Below, one piece after another: positions 9,915-18,684 of a stretch of 64,000 nucleotides of DNA. Every line of letters begins with the position of its first letter. Within the stretch, counting starts at the first letter, position 1. The notes under the pieces were generated by a model that searched no databases, was not told where the DNA came from, and saw only the letters and a list, made by a program, of their open reading frames with translations. The position numbers and the translations under genes were made by a program. This DNA is from a virus. Taxonomy: Duplodnaviria > Caudoviricetes. Location: positions 26,091 through 90,090 of the IMG/VR virus record IMGVR_UViG_2802429733_000002; one strand, given 5' to 3'.

Positions 9915-10384
9915 GCGTCGGGCCGATAGAAGCGCGGGCGCCAGAGGCGGACGTGTCGAAGGGAGGCGAGGTCGTCGCAGACCACGCCGTGCCAGGTGTC
10001 GGTGTGCAGGACGCCCCGGCGATCGGCGAGAAAGGTGCCGACATGATCGTGAGGCCCGCCGGCGAAGCGGCTCATCATGACGACGTCGCCGTCCTGCGGG
10101 GTCGGATGCTCGTGCCAGCCGAGGACCTCGACGCCCTGCTGAAGCGCAGCAGCCCGGTCCTCGGGCAGGGGCTCGTTCCCGCCCGGCAGGATGCGGCCGA
10201 AGAGGTCGCGCTGGACGTCCACGACAAGCTGCCAGCAATTGGCCCGCTGCGCGTCATAGGGCCGGCCGAGGAGGCCCTCGACATAGGCCGAGCGGTCAAG
10301 GGCGATCCTCGAGCGCCAGAACGAGATCGTCCCGGCATCAAGATCGAGCTCGACTCGGCCGCTCCCGCTTCGGATCGTGACCAT
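9911..10384 (-). CDS. Tail assembly protein K-like, NlpC/P60 family
   Basis: GRPY..NCWQLV (catalytic Cys), DGDVVMM..HVG..VLH motifs; position before J. Confidence 0.85.
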   Translation of the reverse strand: MVTIRSGSGRVELDLDAGTISFWRSRIALDRSAYVEGLLGRPYDAQRANCWQLVVDVQRDLFGRILPGGNEPLPEDRAAALQQGVEVLGWHEHPTPQDGDVVMMSRFAGGPHDHVGTFLADRRGVLHTDTWHGVVCDDLASLRHVRLWRPRFYRPDA

Positions 10385-10423
10385 AGCGTCCTCCGATGGT
10401 GACTGGCGGGAGAACGACTGCGC

Positions 10424-10972
10424 TCAGCCGCGGCGGCATTCGCGCCCGGCGTCGCGCACCGATCCAGGGCCGCGCGCCGAAAGCAGCGACTGCACCTTGG
10501 CCTCGAGGAGCGACAACCGAACCCCCGGAGATGCTGACGCGTCCGCGCTCGCGGCTATGCGAGCCTCGATGGTCGAGATGCGCCCCTCCAGCGCCGCCAC
10601 CGCATCGCGGATGCCCGAGGTGTCTCCATCGGCCGAGACCTCGGCGAGGAGGGACACCTTGGCCTCCATGTCCTGGATGCTGGCGAAAGCGGCCTCGAGA
10701 TCGGCACTGATCTGCCGCTCGGCTTCGCCCGCTGCCGCCAGTATCCCGACGCCCTTTTTCCAGAACGCGGATTCGTCGACGCGTACCTCGAAGATGGCTT
10801 TCATCTCCCCGCGATTCCGAGATGCCTCCAGAGCATCCAGCCGCTTCTCGATGCGGTCGAGCCTTTGATCGATCAGGGCGAAGACCGAAGGCCCTTCCGC
10901 TTGGCCGGATTTGCCCGGCCAAAGGTCGCCTAAGGGCGTGATGCGCCCTCCGTCAGGCGTATCGCTGCTCAT
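10424..10972 (-). CDS. Coiled-coil protein resembling an internal segment of J
   Basis: MEAKVSLLAEVSADGDTSGIRDAV vs J LNARVSLLASTIVDGDLNGILDTL. Confidence 0.65.
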   Translation of the reverse strand: MSSDTPDGGRITPLGDLWPGKSGQAEGPSVFALIDQRLDRIEKRLDALEASRNRGEMKAIFEVRVDESAFWKKGVGILAAAGEAERQISADLEAAFASIQDMEAKVSLLAEVSADGDTSGIRDAVAALEGRISTIEARIAASADASASPGVRLSLLEAKVQSLLSARGPGSVRDAGRECRRG

Positions 10973-10981
10973 GGCGCGCTC

Positions 10982-11524
10982 CTACGTGTAGAGGGTCGGG
11001 AAGTTGTCGCGGTCGAAGAAGGCATTCGGCCCCGTCGGGACGTTTAGATTGCTGCCGTCGACGTATTCGAGCTTGCCCTCGGCGGACGCGCCGTCGAGGC
11101 TGGCCTCCTCGAACTCGAGGCCGGGGATCACGGAATTCGGCTTGCCGAGGGCGGCGAGGCCGGCGGAGCCGATCACGTATTCCCGCACGGTCGCTCGGAT
11201 CGGCTCGTCGTAGTCGAGCGCGGATTTCAGCTGCGCGTAGATCTGGCTGGACGCACCATCGATCCGCAGGCGCCCCTCGGTTGGGCCGTCCTTCTCGGCG
11301 CCAGGCCGGATGAACGAGAAGAAGCACAGGGCGTGGTCGACGATGCTGTTGTCCTCGAGGCGGAGCGAGACGACGCTCTCGACCTCCTGCGGCTCGCCGA
11401 TCACCATCGCGAGGCGGACGGGAACGGTGAAGCCGACATGGCTCAACTCGATCGTCTGGACGACGGTCTTGTCGAACCCGCCGGAGGAGTTCGCCTCCCG
11501 CATCGCGGCATCGTAGATGCTCAA
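10982..11524 (-). CDS. Tail tip protein L-like (DUF1833 family)
   Basis: VVQTIELSH..PVRL, F.FIRPG..GRLRIDG pattern; position after distal tail gene. Confidence 0.75.
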   Translation of the reverse strand: MSIYDAAMREANSSGGFDKTVVQTIELSHVGFTVPVRLAMVIGEPQEVESVVSLRLEDNSIVDHALCFFSFIRPGAEKDGPTEGRLRIDGASSQIYAQLKSALDYDEPIRATVREYVIGSAGLAALGKPNSVIPGLEFEEASLDGASAEGKLEYVDGSNLNVPTGPNAFFDRDNFPTLYT

Positions 11525-12648
11525 GACACGGCTCCGACGGCCCGGAGATAGTCGCCGACCTGCCGGTACATGCCGGCAGCCTGCTCAGGCGTCACGGACG
11601 TCCCGATCATGACCGCCGCGATCTGACGGGCGGAGAAGGCGTTCATCGATCGCAGGATCGACATGTTCCCGCTGCCGAACGCCGTCGGGGCCTCGGTCTG
11701 CGTCGCGAGCAATTCGCCGTTCCGGTAGATGTTCACCGCGTTGCCGTTGCGGGAGAAGCCGAAGAGGCCCTGGCCAACGGTGTTCGGCGTGTCGAACTGC
11801 GTCGACGAGTTGGCCCGCACGCGGAAGATCGTCCCGTTCGAGATCTGAAGGCTCGAGAGCGTGCTGCCGATCGTCCCGAACTCGCGGCCGGTATCGGCGC
11901 CGGTCGTCAGGGACCAGACGAAGACCGACATGTTGTCGGGCGTGACGCCGGGTACGCTGGCGAGCGTGCCGCCGAGATCGAGGTGGCCCGAGACGCCGTC
12001 ACCCTTGAAGCCGCGATTGATGCTGAAGGCGGGCACCGTGTCGCCGCCGAGCGCCGCGGTATAGGTGCCAGGCGCCTTCATGTTCGTCCGGCCGATCGAC
12101 GAGAAGCGGTTGGCGAAGAGGTAGGCGATGCGGAGGCTGTCCCACACGCCGTCCTGCTTCATCCCGGCGATGAAGGCGTTGGCCCGGACCCGCCTCTCGT
12201 CGTCCCAGTTCTGCTCGCCGGTCGTCGCGAACAGCGCGCGCGCCTCGTCCTCGTATCCCCGCCAGTTCCAGACCTTCACGACCAAGCTGATGATGGCCGT
12301 GTTCCACGTCATGTAGCTCAAAGGGGCAAAGCCATTCTCGCCGATCGAGAACTGGCACTTCCTCGGCACGATCAGGCCATTCGGGAGAACGACGGGCGCC
12401 GTGAAGGGCGTGACGCCCATGTTGAGACCGAACTCGACGAAGTTGTCGAAGATCGGGAGCTTGTCCAGCGAGAGATGAAGATCGATGCTGAGAGGGGTCG
12501 GAGGGCGGCCGATGTACTTCCGCCGCATCCGCTCGTTCCCGCCCTCGAAGGGCGAGACCACAGCAGCTGGGTAAAGCCCCGGCGATCCACTACCCTGAAC
12601 GCTGCCTCGGAGCGGAGGCAGAGACGCGGGCCAAACCGGGAGCGCCAT
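11521..12648 (-). CDS. Distal tail protein fused to a LamG/concanavalin-A-like domain
   Basis: N-terminal MALPVWPASLP..SPFEGGNERMRRKY (distal-tail-like); C-terminal FKGDGVSGHLD..VNIYRNG..FSARQIA (LamG-like). Confidence 0.65.
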   Translation of the reverse strand: MALPVWPASLPPLRGSVQGSGSPGLYPAAVVSPFEGGNERMRRKYIGRPPTPLSIDLHLSLDKLPIFDNFVEFGLNMGVTPFTAPVVLPNGLIVPRKCQFSIGENGFAPLSYMTWNTAIISLVVKVWNWRGYEDEARALFATTGEQNWDDERRVRANAFIAGMKQDGVWDSLRIAYLFANRFSSIGRTNMKAPGTYTAALGGDTVPAFSINRGFKGDGVSGHLDLGGTLASVPGVTPDNMSVFVWSLTTGADTGREFGTIGSTLSSLQISNGTIFRVRANSSTQFDTPNTVGQGLFGFSRNGNAVNIYRNGELLATQTEAPTAFGSGNMSILRSMNAFSARQIAAVMIGTSVTPEQAAGMYRQVGDYLRAVGAVS

Positions 12649-12649
12649 C

Positions 12650-15600
12650 TCAGCCCCGGTTCATCGCGGCTTGGTTCGTCAGGAAGACGTCCTTCGCCTC
12701 CCCGCGATTCCGGCCCGCTTTCGAGGCCATGCGCCGCTCGGCGGCCCGCACGAAGGTCTCGAGCTGGATCTGTCCGTCCGGCCCGCGCGTCTCACGCTGC
12801 TCGACCTGCGCCCCAGCGTAGTTGTGAACGGTATTGGAGACCTGGATGGGCGCGCCGCCGCCCGCATTGCTCGGCATGACTGGAGCCGCATACGTCGTTG
12901 CCGGCCAGACCTCCCCGCCAACCGCGTACCCGGCCACGCCGCGACGCATGGCGTCGACGACTTGGGGCCCGCCCGCGCGAGCGACGTCGTGCTGCGACCA
13001 GACGACCTCGCCAGCGTGGACGATGCCGCGCGGCTCGTACATGCCGCCGGGGCCGGTATAGCCGCCGCCCGAAAAGCCGGTCGAGGGTCCGGCCGCGCTC
13101 GCACCGCTCGCTCCGAAGAGGCTGAACGCGCCCTTCCCGACGGAGCCGAGCACATCGACGAGGCCCGTCAGCGCCCCGCCGAGGGCCGGTGTCTTCGTCG
13201 CGACCGTGTCCTTGAAGACGTCGATGGCACCGCCGGCCGCATTGGTCGCCGTCTCGATCGGCTGCGTGATCTGGTGCTCAAGGCCATTCCTCATGACCTG
13301 CGCCCTGCGCTCCAAGCCTTCGCGAAGGAAGCCGAGCCCACCGGCTCCAGTCGCGCTCGTCGAGTAGTCGTCGCTCAGCCGCCCTCCGACCTTCGAACCA
13401 GCCTCAGGGAACCTCCATTGCTCCTCCCAGTAGGAAATTGGCCGGTTGAGAGCCGGCATATTCACCCGGCGCTGAAGCTCTGCCGAGCTCGGCGGTATCA
13501 GATCGCGGCTCAGCGAAGGCGGCTGAAGCTGGACCGGTTCACCACGCTGGAAGGGCGAAAGCGGCGAGCTCGTGACACTCGCGACCGGATATGGGGTGAT
13601 TGGCGTCTGTTCCCTGTACGGGAGGATCACACCCGGGTCCGACGTGATCGGCGAACCGGAGCCGCTGCGGGTGAAGCTCAAGACGCGGCCGCCCGACGAA
13701 ACGATCGTCCCGGCCGCCGACATGGGCGCCTGGACGGTTGCTCCGCCACCGATACCCGCCATGCCCGCGGCCCCTCGCCCTCCCAGCCCTGGGATGAGCC
13801 CGCCGATGCCTGCACCGCCGATGTTCACGACACCGGCGGTGACGGACATCGTACCCGTGGCCGTCTGGCCGATGCCAAGTACCTTGGAGGCGACGTCTCC
13901 TAGCGAGCCGGTCTGACCATTCGCACCCATGAGCGCCGGCAAGCCGGTGCCCTGGAGCAACCCGCTGAGCCATCCACCGTTGCCGGTCCCGTCTCGGCCC
14001 ATCAGGCCCTCGATCAGCGGCTTGCTGATCATCCGCTCGAACATCTGATCCTGCATCCGGCCGAGGCCGTTTATAAGCCCGTCGATAGGGCTCTTGCCCT
14101 GCCGCAGGTCGCTGAACATGCCGGTGAGGAGGCCGCGGGAGCCGGACCGCATCTCGTCCATGCCGGCGATCGCGTTCTGCTGCGATAGCGCCAGCTCGTC
14201 CGTCGCGGCCTTGGCGCGACCCATCTGAGCCGCGAGGGCCTCCCAGCCGGCGCCGTATCGGTCGGTCACGGACTGACCGTAGCGAGTTGCCTCATTCAGC
14301 ATATCGAGCCGGGCGCGCATCGTCTCCACCGCCTCAGGCGCCTGCCCGAAGCTGTCGCGCTGGAATTCGAAGCCGCGTCGCATCTCCTCGAGGCGCATGT
14401 TGAAGTCGCGCTGCGGCACGAACGAGTTCTCGATGCTTGCCTCGCGGCGGCGGTTGGCAAACCGCTCCCGAATGTCGGCGATGGTCTTCGCCGAAGCGCC
14501 ACGGTTGCGCAGCAGTTCTTCCGTCTCTTCGTTGGCAATAGCCTGCATCGTCCGCTGCATCGGCAACAGACCTGCGGTCTTGAGAGAGTACTGCGACTGC
14601 CGGAGGGCATCGGCGGCGGCCTTCTCGTAGCGCGCCAGTGCCTCGGTCGTGGCCAAGATCGCGTCGGTTTCGGCGCGATAGGCCTTCGTGATGTCGCCCT
14701 TTGCCTCGAGCCGCTTCTGGTCCGCAGCAATCGCGGCTTCCTCACCGGCCGTCAGCGCCCGGATCGAGCGCAGATTGATCTCGTGCTGCTCGGACGCCCG
14801 CTGGTCGGCCGAGATACTCGTCTCCTTTGCCTTCCCAGCCCTCTCGATGATCTCGCGGTACTTGTCCGCGGAAATGCCCGCCTTCTCAAGATTCTTGATG
14901 ACGTCAGGGTCGTTACGGGACGCAAACAGCTTGTCGAAAGAAATTCCGAGCTCGCGCAACTTGCCAATGTCAGGGTCAATACCCTCGGCAATACCCTGGA
15001 TGTCGCGCGACGCTGCGGCAGCATCCTCCTCCCGCTTACGCCGGTCCGCATCGCGCTGCTGCATAGCCGCGACTGTCGCGTTCATGGCTTGCTGGGCGCC
15101 GATCTGGCCCATCCGTTGGGGGTCAGCTCGGTCGGTGATGCTCACCTCGGGTGGCCGAACGCCCTTGTTCAAAGTTTCGATGAGCGCATCGAGCCCCTTC
15201 TTTGCAGTGTCCCAAAGCAGTGGCAGGCCGGACAGTATCTCGCGGTGATTGGCGAGGCGCTTCGAAAACGCGTCCATAAGGGCGGTGGACGCCGTCAATC
15301 GGTTGCCGGACAGAGCCTGAGTCCGAATGAACGTCGCCGTGCCCGCATCGACCCGACCGAGGCGCTCTTCCAGCATCTCAAGGCCACGAACGGGATCGGC
15401 AATAGCCTGAGCCCATTCCTTGCTGCCTTCTACCGCGTCCTGACCTGTCGTGATTGAGTAATCGCGGGCCGACTGCATCACCCGGTCCATCAGGCCCGAA
15501 TCGCGGATCCCAGAGCGGGCGACCACCCCGGCGAGATCGCGGGCGCCCCCGTATGTCAGATTCCCCGGGCCGGCGTTCCTCTCGGCAAGTTCATTCAGGC

Positions 15601-17017
15601 CCTGCAGCGTCAGTCCCGAACCGTAGCCGCGACCGGTCAGCGAGATCCTGAGTTGCTGCTGAGCAGCCTCAAGCCGATAGACGCTGTAAGCCGCCGCCCC
15701 CGCCAGCGCGACGAGCCCGCCGAACGCGACGCGCGCGGGCGTGACCATGCCCAGCAGGTCATCCTTCAGCGCCTTCAAGCCGCCACGGACGCCGCCCTCG
15801 TGATCGCCGAGGATCTGGGCGATCTGTGGGCCCTGCTGTGCGGCGACCATGAACGGCGATTGCCCCATGATGAGGCCGCCGATCACGTCATTGGCTTGAT
15901 AGGCAAGGTTCGTCCGCTGGTGAGCCCGGAACCCGCCCTTGCCGGCGCCGAAGTCCTGGTTGACCCGGCGGAGGACATCGGCCTCGTGCTCCACGATCGC
16001 GAGGTACTGCGCCTCGCTGATCCGCCGCTGGTCGACCAGTCGCTTCGCGTCGGCGAGGGCTTGATTATGGCGCTCCTGAGCCGCCCCGAGCGGATCGGCG
16101 CGCTGCAGAAGCTCGTTCCGGGTCCGACCGAGGCGGTCGAACTCGACCTGCTGCTCGCGGAGCGCCTCGGTGACGCGATCGGCCTCGGCGCGAAGGGCGC
16201 GCTGCTCCTCGACAGCCCTATCGGCGAGAGCGGAGAAGGATGCGCCTCGGCTTGTGGCGGCCGGGCCGCCGATGCCGAAGCGCTCGTTCAGCGAGCGACC
16301 GAACTCGCCGCGCTCCTGCTGGTATCGAGCCGTGTCGATTGCCGCCCGCCGCTCCTGCTCTTCCTGGCGCCTCTGGGCGATCTGACGCTCGCGCAGGACC
16401 ATGGCCCGATCGATGGCCGCCTGTTCGGCCTGCTCTTGCCGAGCCCGCTCCTCAAGAGCCGAGAACGATGCGCCCTGAGACGTAGCCGCCGGGCGCTCAG
16501 CGCCCACGCGCTCGCGGAAAGAGCGCCCGAACTCCGCGGAGTTCTGAGCGTGGCGCGCGGCCTCGATCCGCTCCCGATACTCCTGCCATGCCCTGGAACT
16601 GTCGGCGATGCGCCGCTGGGTCGTCTGGAGCGCCCGGTCGATCGCAGCGGACTCCGCCGCCACACGGGCCATCTCGGCGCGGACCTCGGGCAGCTTCTTG
16701 CGCGCCAGTTCGAAGTTGCGGCCGAACTGCTGAACGCCGATCCCTTGCCCCAGCGCCTGGTCGAGCGCCTTCACATCGCGCTCGAACTGCTTGAGCTCGC
16801 GGTAGCCGGGGACGGTGCGCTTCAGGAAGCTGTCGTAGGCGCGTTCCGTCGAGATGACGGACTTCTCATTGCGGTCGAGAGCTTGGCCCGCGGACGAGGC
16901 GGCACGCGCCATCTCCTCGAAGCCGCCCTGCATAGCGCGCAGTTTCGCCGCGGCCTCGGATGCGCCCGGCACATCCGCGCGCATCTCCAGGCGCCTGATG
17001 ACGTCTAGATTGGGCAT
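12650..17017 (-). CDS. Tail tape measure protein (1455 aa)
   Basis: Long helical A/R/E/Q-rich protein with lambda-type TMP motif NLAYQANDV..GQSPFMVAAQQGPQIAQI. Confidence 0.93.
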   Translation of the reverse strand: MPNLDVIRRLEMRADVPGASEAAAKLRAMQGGFEEMARAASSAGQALDRNEKSVISTERAYDSFLKRTVPGYRELKQFERDVKALDQALGQGIGVQQFGRNFELARKKLPEVRAEMARVAAESAAIDRALQTTQRRIADSSRAWQEYRERIEAARHAQNSAEFGRSFRERVGAERPAATSQGASFSALEERARQEQAEQAAIDRAMVLRERQIAQRRQEEQERRAAIDTARYQQERGEFGRSLNERFGIGGPAATSRGASFSALADRAVEEQRALRAEADRVTEALREQQVEFDRLGRTRNELLQRADPLGAAQERHNQALADAKRLVDQRRISEAQYLAIVEHEADVLRRVNQDFGAGKGGFRAHQRTNLAYQANDVIGGLIMGQSPFMVAAQQGPQIAQILGDHEGGVRGGLKALKDDLLGMVTPARVAFGGLVALAGAAAYSVYRLEAAQQQLRISLTGRGYGSGLTLQGLNELAERNAGPGNLTYGGARDLAGVVARSGIRDSGLMDRVMQSARDYSITTGQDAVEGSKEWAQAIADPVRGLEMLEERLGRVDAGTATFIRTQALSGNRLTASTALMDAFSKRLANHREILSGLPLLWDTAKKGLDALIETLNKGVRPPEVSITDRADPQRMGQIGAQQAMNATVAAMQQRDADRRKREEDAAAASRDIQGIAEGIDPDIGKLRELGISFDKLFASRNDPDVIKNLEKAGISADKYREIIERAGKAKETSISADQRASEQHEINLRSIRALTAGEEAAIAADQKRLEAKGDITKAYRAETDAILATTEALARYEKAAADALRQSQYSLKTAGLLPMQRTMQAIANEETEELLRNRGASAKTIADIRERFANRRREASIENSFVPQRDFNMRLEEMRRGFEFQRDSFGQAPEAVETMRARLDMLNEATRYGQSVTDRYGAGWEALAAQMGRAKAATDELALSQQNAIAGMDEMRSGSRGLLTGMFSDLRQGKSPIDGLINGLGRMQDQMFERMISKPLIEGLMGRDGTGNGGWLSGLLQGTGLPALMGANGQTGSLGDVASKVLGIGQTATGTMSVTAGVVNIGGAGIGGLIPGLGGRGAAGMAGIGGGATVQAPMSAAGTIVSSGGRVLSFTRSGSGSPITSDPGVILPYREQTPITPYPVASVTSSPLSPFQRGEPVQLQPPSLSRDLIPPSSAELQRRVNMPALNRPISYWEEQWRFPEAGSKVGGRLSDDYSTSATGAGGLGFLREGLERRAQVMRNGLEHQITQPIETATNAAGGAIDVFKDTVATKTPALGGALTGLVDVLGSVGKGAFSLFGASGASAAGPSTGFSGGGYTGPGGMYEPRGIVHAGEVVWSQHDVARAGGPQVVDAMRRGVAGYAVGGEVWPATTYAAPVMPSNAGGGAPIQVSNTVHNYAGAQVEQRETRGPDGQIQLETFVRAAERRMASKAGRNRGEAKDVFLTNQAAMNRG

Positions 17018-17377
17018 CTACGATGGCTTCCGTTGCCGTCTCGCCTCGGCCTCTTGGCGCCGGCGAGCGTCGTCGAGCCAGACCTTGTCCATCGCGCCGA
17101 TAAGGCGATGGAGGCGATCGAACTCGTCGATGTCGATGATCCCGCAGCGGCGGGCATAGGCGTCGAGCGCCTGGAATGGGATCGGCCCGACTGAGCCGAA
17201 CCCAAGATGGCGGTCCCCCTGCAGTGCCCAGAACGATGACCACGCGAAATGCAGGTGGTCAGGGAGTTCCGGCCGCTTCGCGAGGGGCGTGTCGTTGTCG
17301 CCCTCGGCGGCCCAGAGTTCGAAGACCTCGATCTTCGAGCCCCATGCCAATTGCCACTCGAGGGCGGCCGTCAGTCC
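17018..17377 (-). CDS. Tail assembly chaperone, T/GT-like C-terminal part (start uncertain)
   Basis: PELPDHLHFAWSSFWAL..IPFQALDAYARR motif; in the -1 frame relative to the upstream chaperone. Confidence 0.7.
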   Translation of the reverse strand, partial: GLTAALEWQLAWGSKIEVFELWAAEGDNDTPLAKRPELPDHLHFAWSSFWALQGDRHLGFGSVGPIPFQALDAYARRCGIIDIDEFDRLHRLIGAMDKVWLDDARRRQEAEARRQRKPS

Positions 17378-17775
17378 CGGCTGTCGGCCTCGATGTCCTT
17401 GGCGTCGCCGTTGGACACCTCGCTCGCGGCCCATACGACACCCGCCCGAAACAGCGCGTAGTCCTTGTCCGCCAGCCACGTGTCAGCCTGCTCGCGCGAG
17501 TAAGGCACCGCCTTGTCGTTGTCGTCGGTGAAGCCGCCCCAGTCGACGAGGATCGCCTCCCGAAGGCGTTCGGTCATGTTGGCGGCGGCGGCGTCGTTCG
17601 TGATCGTGCCGCGCCGCAGCCGGTTCTGCTTGTCGATGATGCGCTGGTCGTCCTTGTTGCCGAAGGCGCGCACCTTGACCCAGGCATCCTCGAAACGGGG
17701 GTCGAAATCGGCGAGGCGGACGCGGACGCCGGCTTCGGCCTTCGCGCTGTCGATCTTGATGGCGGACATCTTCAC
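17371..17775 (-). CDS. Tail assembly chaperone G-like
   Basis: 134 aa, ILVDWGGF..PYSRE motif, between tail tube and tape measure. Confidence 0.8.
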   Translation of the reverse strand: MKMSAIKIDSAKAEAGVRVRLADFDPRFEDAWVKVRAFGNKDDQRIIDKQNRLRRGTITNDAAAANMTERLREAILVDWGGFTDDNDKAVPYSREQADTWLADKDYALFRAGVVWAASEVSNGDAKDIEADSRD

Positions 17776-17975
17776 GGGCGGACGCTCCTCTTGGCCGGCG
17801 CCGCCTCGGGCGCAGGCCTTTCCTCGACTTTGGGTTCAGGCTCCTTCGCGTGGCCTTTGCCGATAGCGAGATCGGCGAAGTCGTCGGGAACCTCGACTAC
17901 CTGCCCCTTCTCGAACGCGCGCTTTCGGCCGCTCGGATAGCCGGTGAAGTCCTCGGTTATTTTCACGACACGCAT
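17772..17975 (-). CDS. Small virion-associated hypothetical protein
   Basis: MRVVKITEDFTGYP..FEKGQVVEVPDDFA..IGKGHA; ATGA-coupled to chaperone. Confidence 0.6.
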   Translation of the reverse strand: MRVVKITEDFTGYPSGRKRAFEKGQVVEVPDDFADLAIGKGHAKEPEPKVEERPAPEAAPAKRSVRP

Positions 17976-17976
17976 C

Positions 17977-18582
17977 TTAAACCTCTCCAGGCAAGATATG
18001 TTTCCAGTTGTGACCGGCATGTATGCTGTGAATGGTGCGCTGGCTTACGCCATAGAGACGACCAATCTCGCGTTGACTGATCGTCTTTGCCCTTGCCATG
18101 TCTCGTATCTCTAGAACTTGGGCGACAGACAGCTTCGCCTGAGTGTGACGTTCGCCGCAAAGTAACGTTCCGTGCGCCCTTTTCTCGATGTTGTTCTGCT
18201 GCGCGGTCGCCCAACGAAGGTGGAGCGGATTCACGCAGCCATGCTGTCCGCGCCCACAAGAGTGCGCGGCGTGCACCTTGGACCCCTCACCCGGGCACGG
18301 TCCGTGAACCAGGATGCACATCACGCGGCTGGCGTGTTGGATACGCCCTTCGTAGGTCACTTCGCCGTAACCGGCGGTGTTTCGCCCGAACGGCCACGAC
18401 AAGCACTCGTCCGAAGAATGGTCTACGTGAGCGCGGAGCCATTCAAGAAGGTCGCCGTGCAGCTTCCGACGGACGCATGCGGAGCCCGTTCTCATAAGCC
18501 TTCGATAGTGGGTGTTGCAGTACCCGCGAGCGCGCGACGGCTTGTTGCACCCATCCAAAGCGCATAAACGGCCAGAAGCCAT
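17977..18582 (-). CDS. Free-standing HNH endonuclease (homing-type) with C-terminal HTH
   Basis: CALDGC..GYCNTHY Zn motif; HAAHSC..CVNPLHLRWATAQQNN; start moved to ATG 18582 with GGAGG SD; AT-richer than neighbours. Confidence 0.85.
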   Translation of the reverse strand: MASGRLCALDGCNKPSRARGYCNTHYRRLMRTGSACVRRKLHGDLLEWLRAHVDHSSDECLSWPFGRNTAGYGEVTYEGRIQHASRVMCILVHGPCPGEGSKVHAAHSCGRGQHGCVNPLHLRWATAQQNNIEKRAHGTLLCGERHTQAKLSVAQVLEIRDMARAKTISQREIGRLYGVSQRTIHSIHAGHNWKHILPGEV

Positions 18583-18684
18583 GCCGAACCTCCAATGTTC
18601 GTCATCGGTTAGAGCCCGCACATCGTTGACGCGATGTGCGGGCTCGACCCTCTTAACTCATAGGCAAGCCCTATTCCACGGCGC

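Noticed and set aside
9915-10238. ORF-track N-terminal extension of J
   Set aside because: Overlaps the NlpC/P60 gene out of frame; ATG 9914 gives a canonical ATGA coupling
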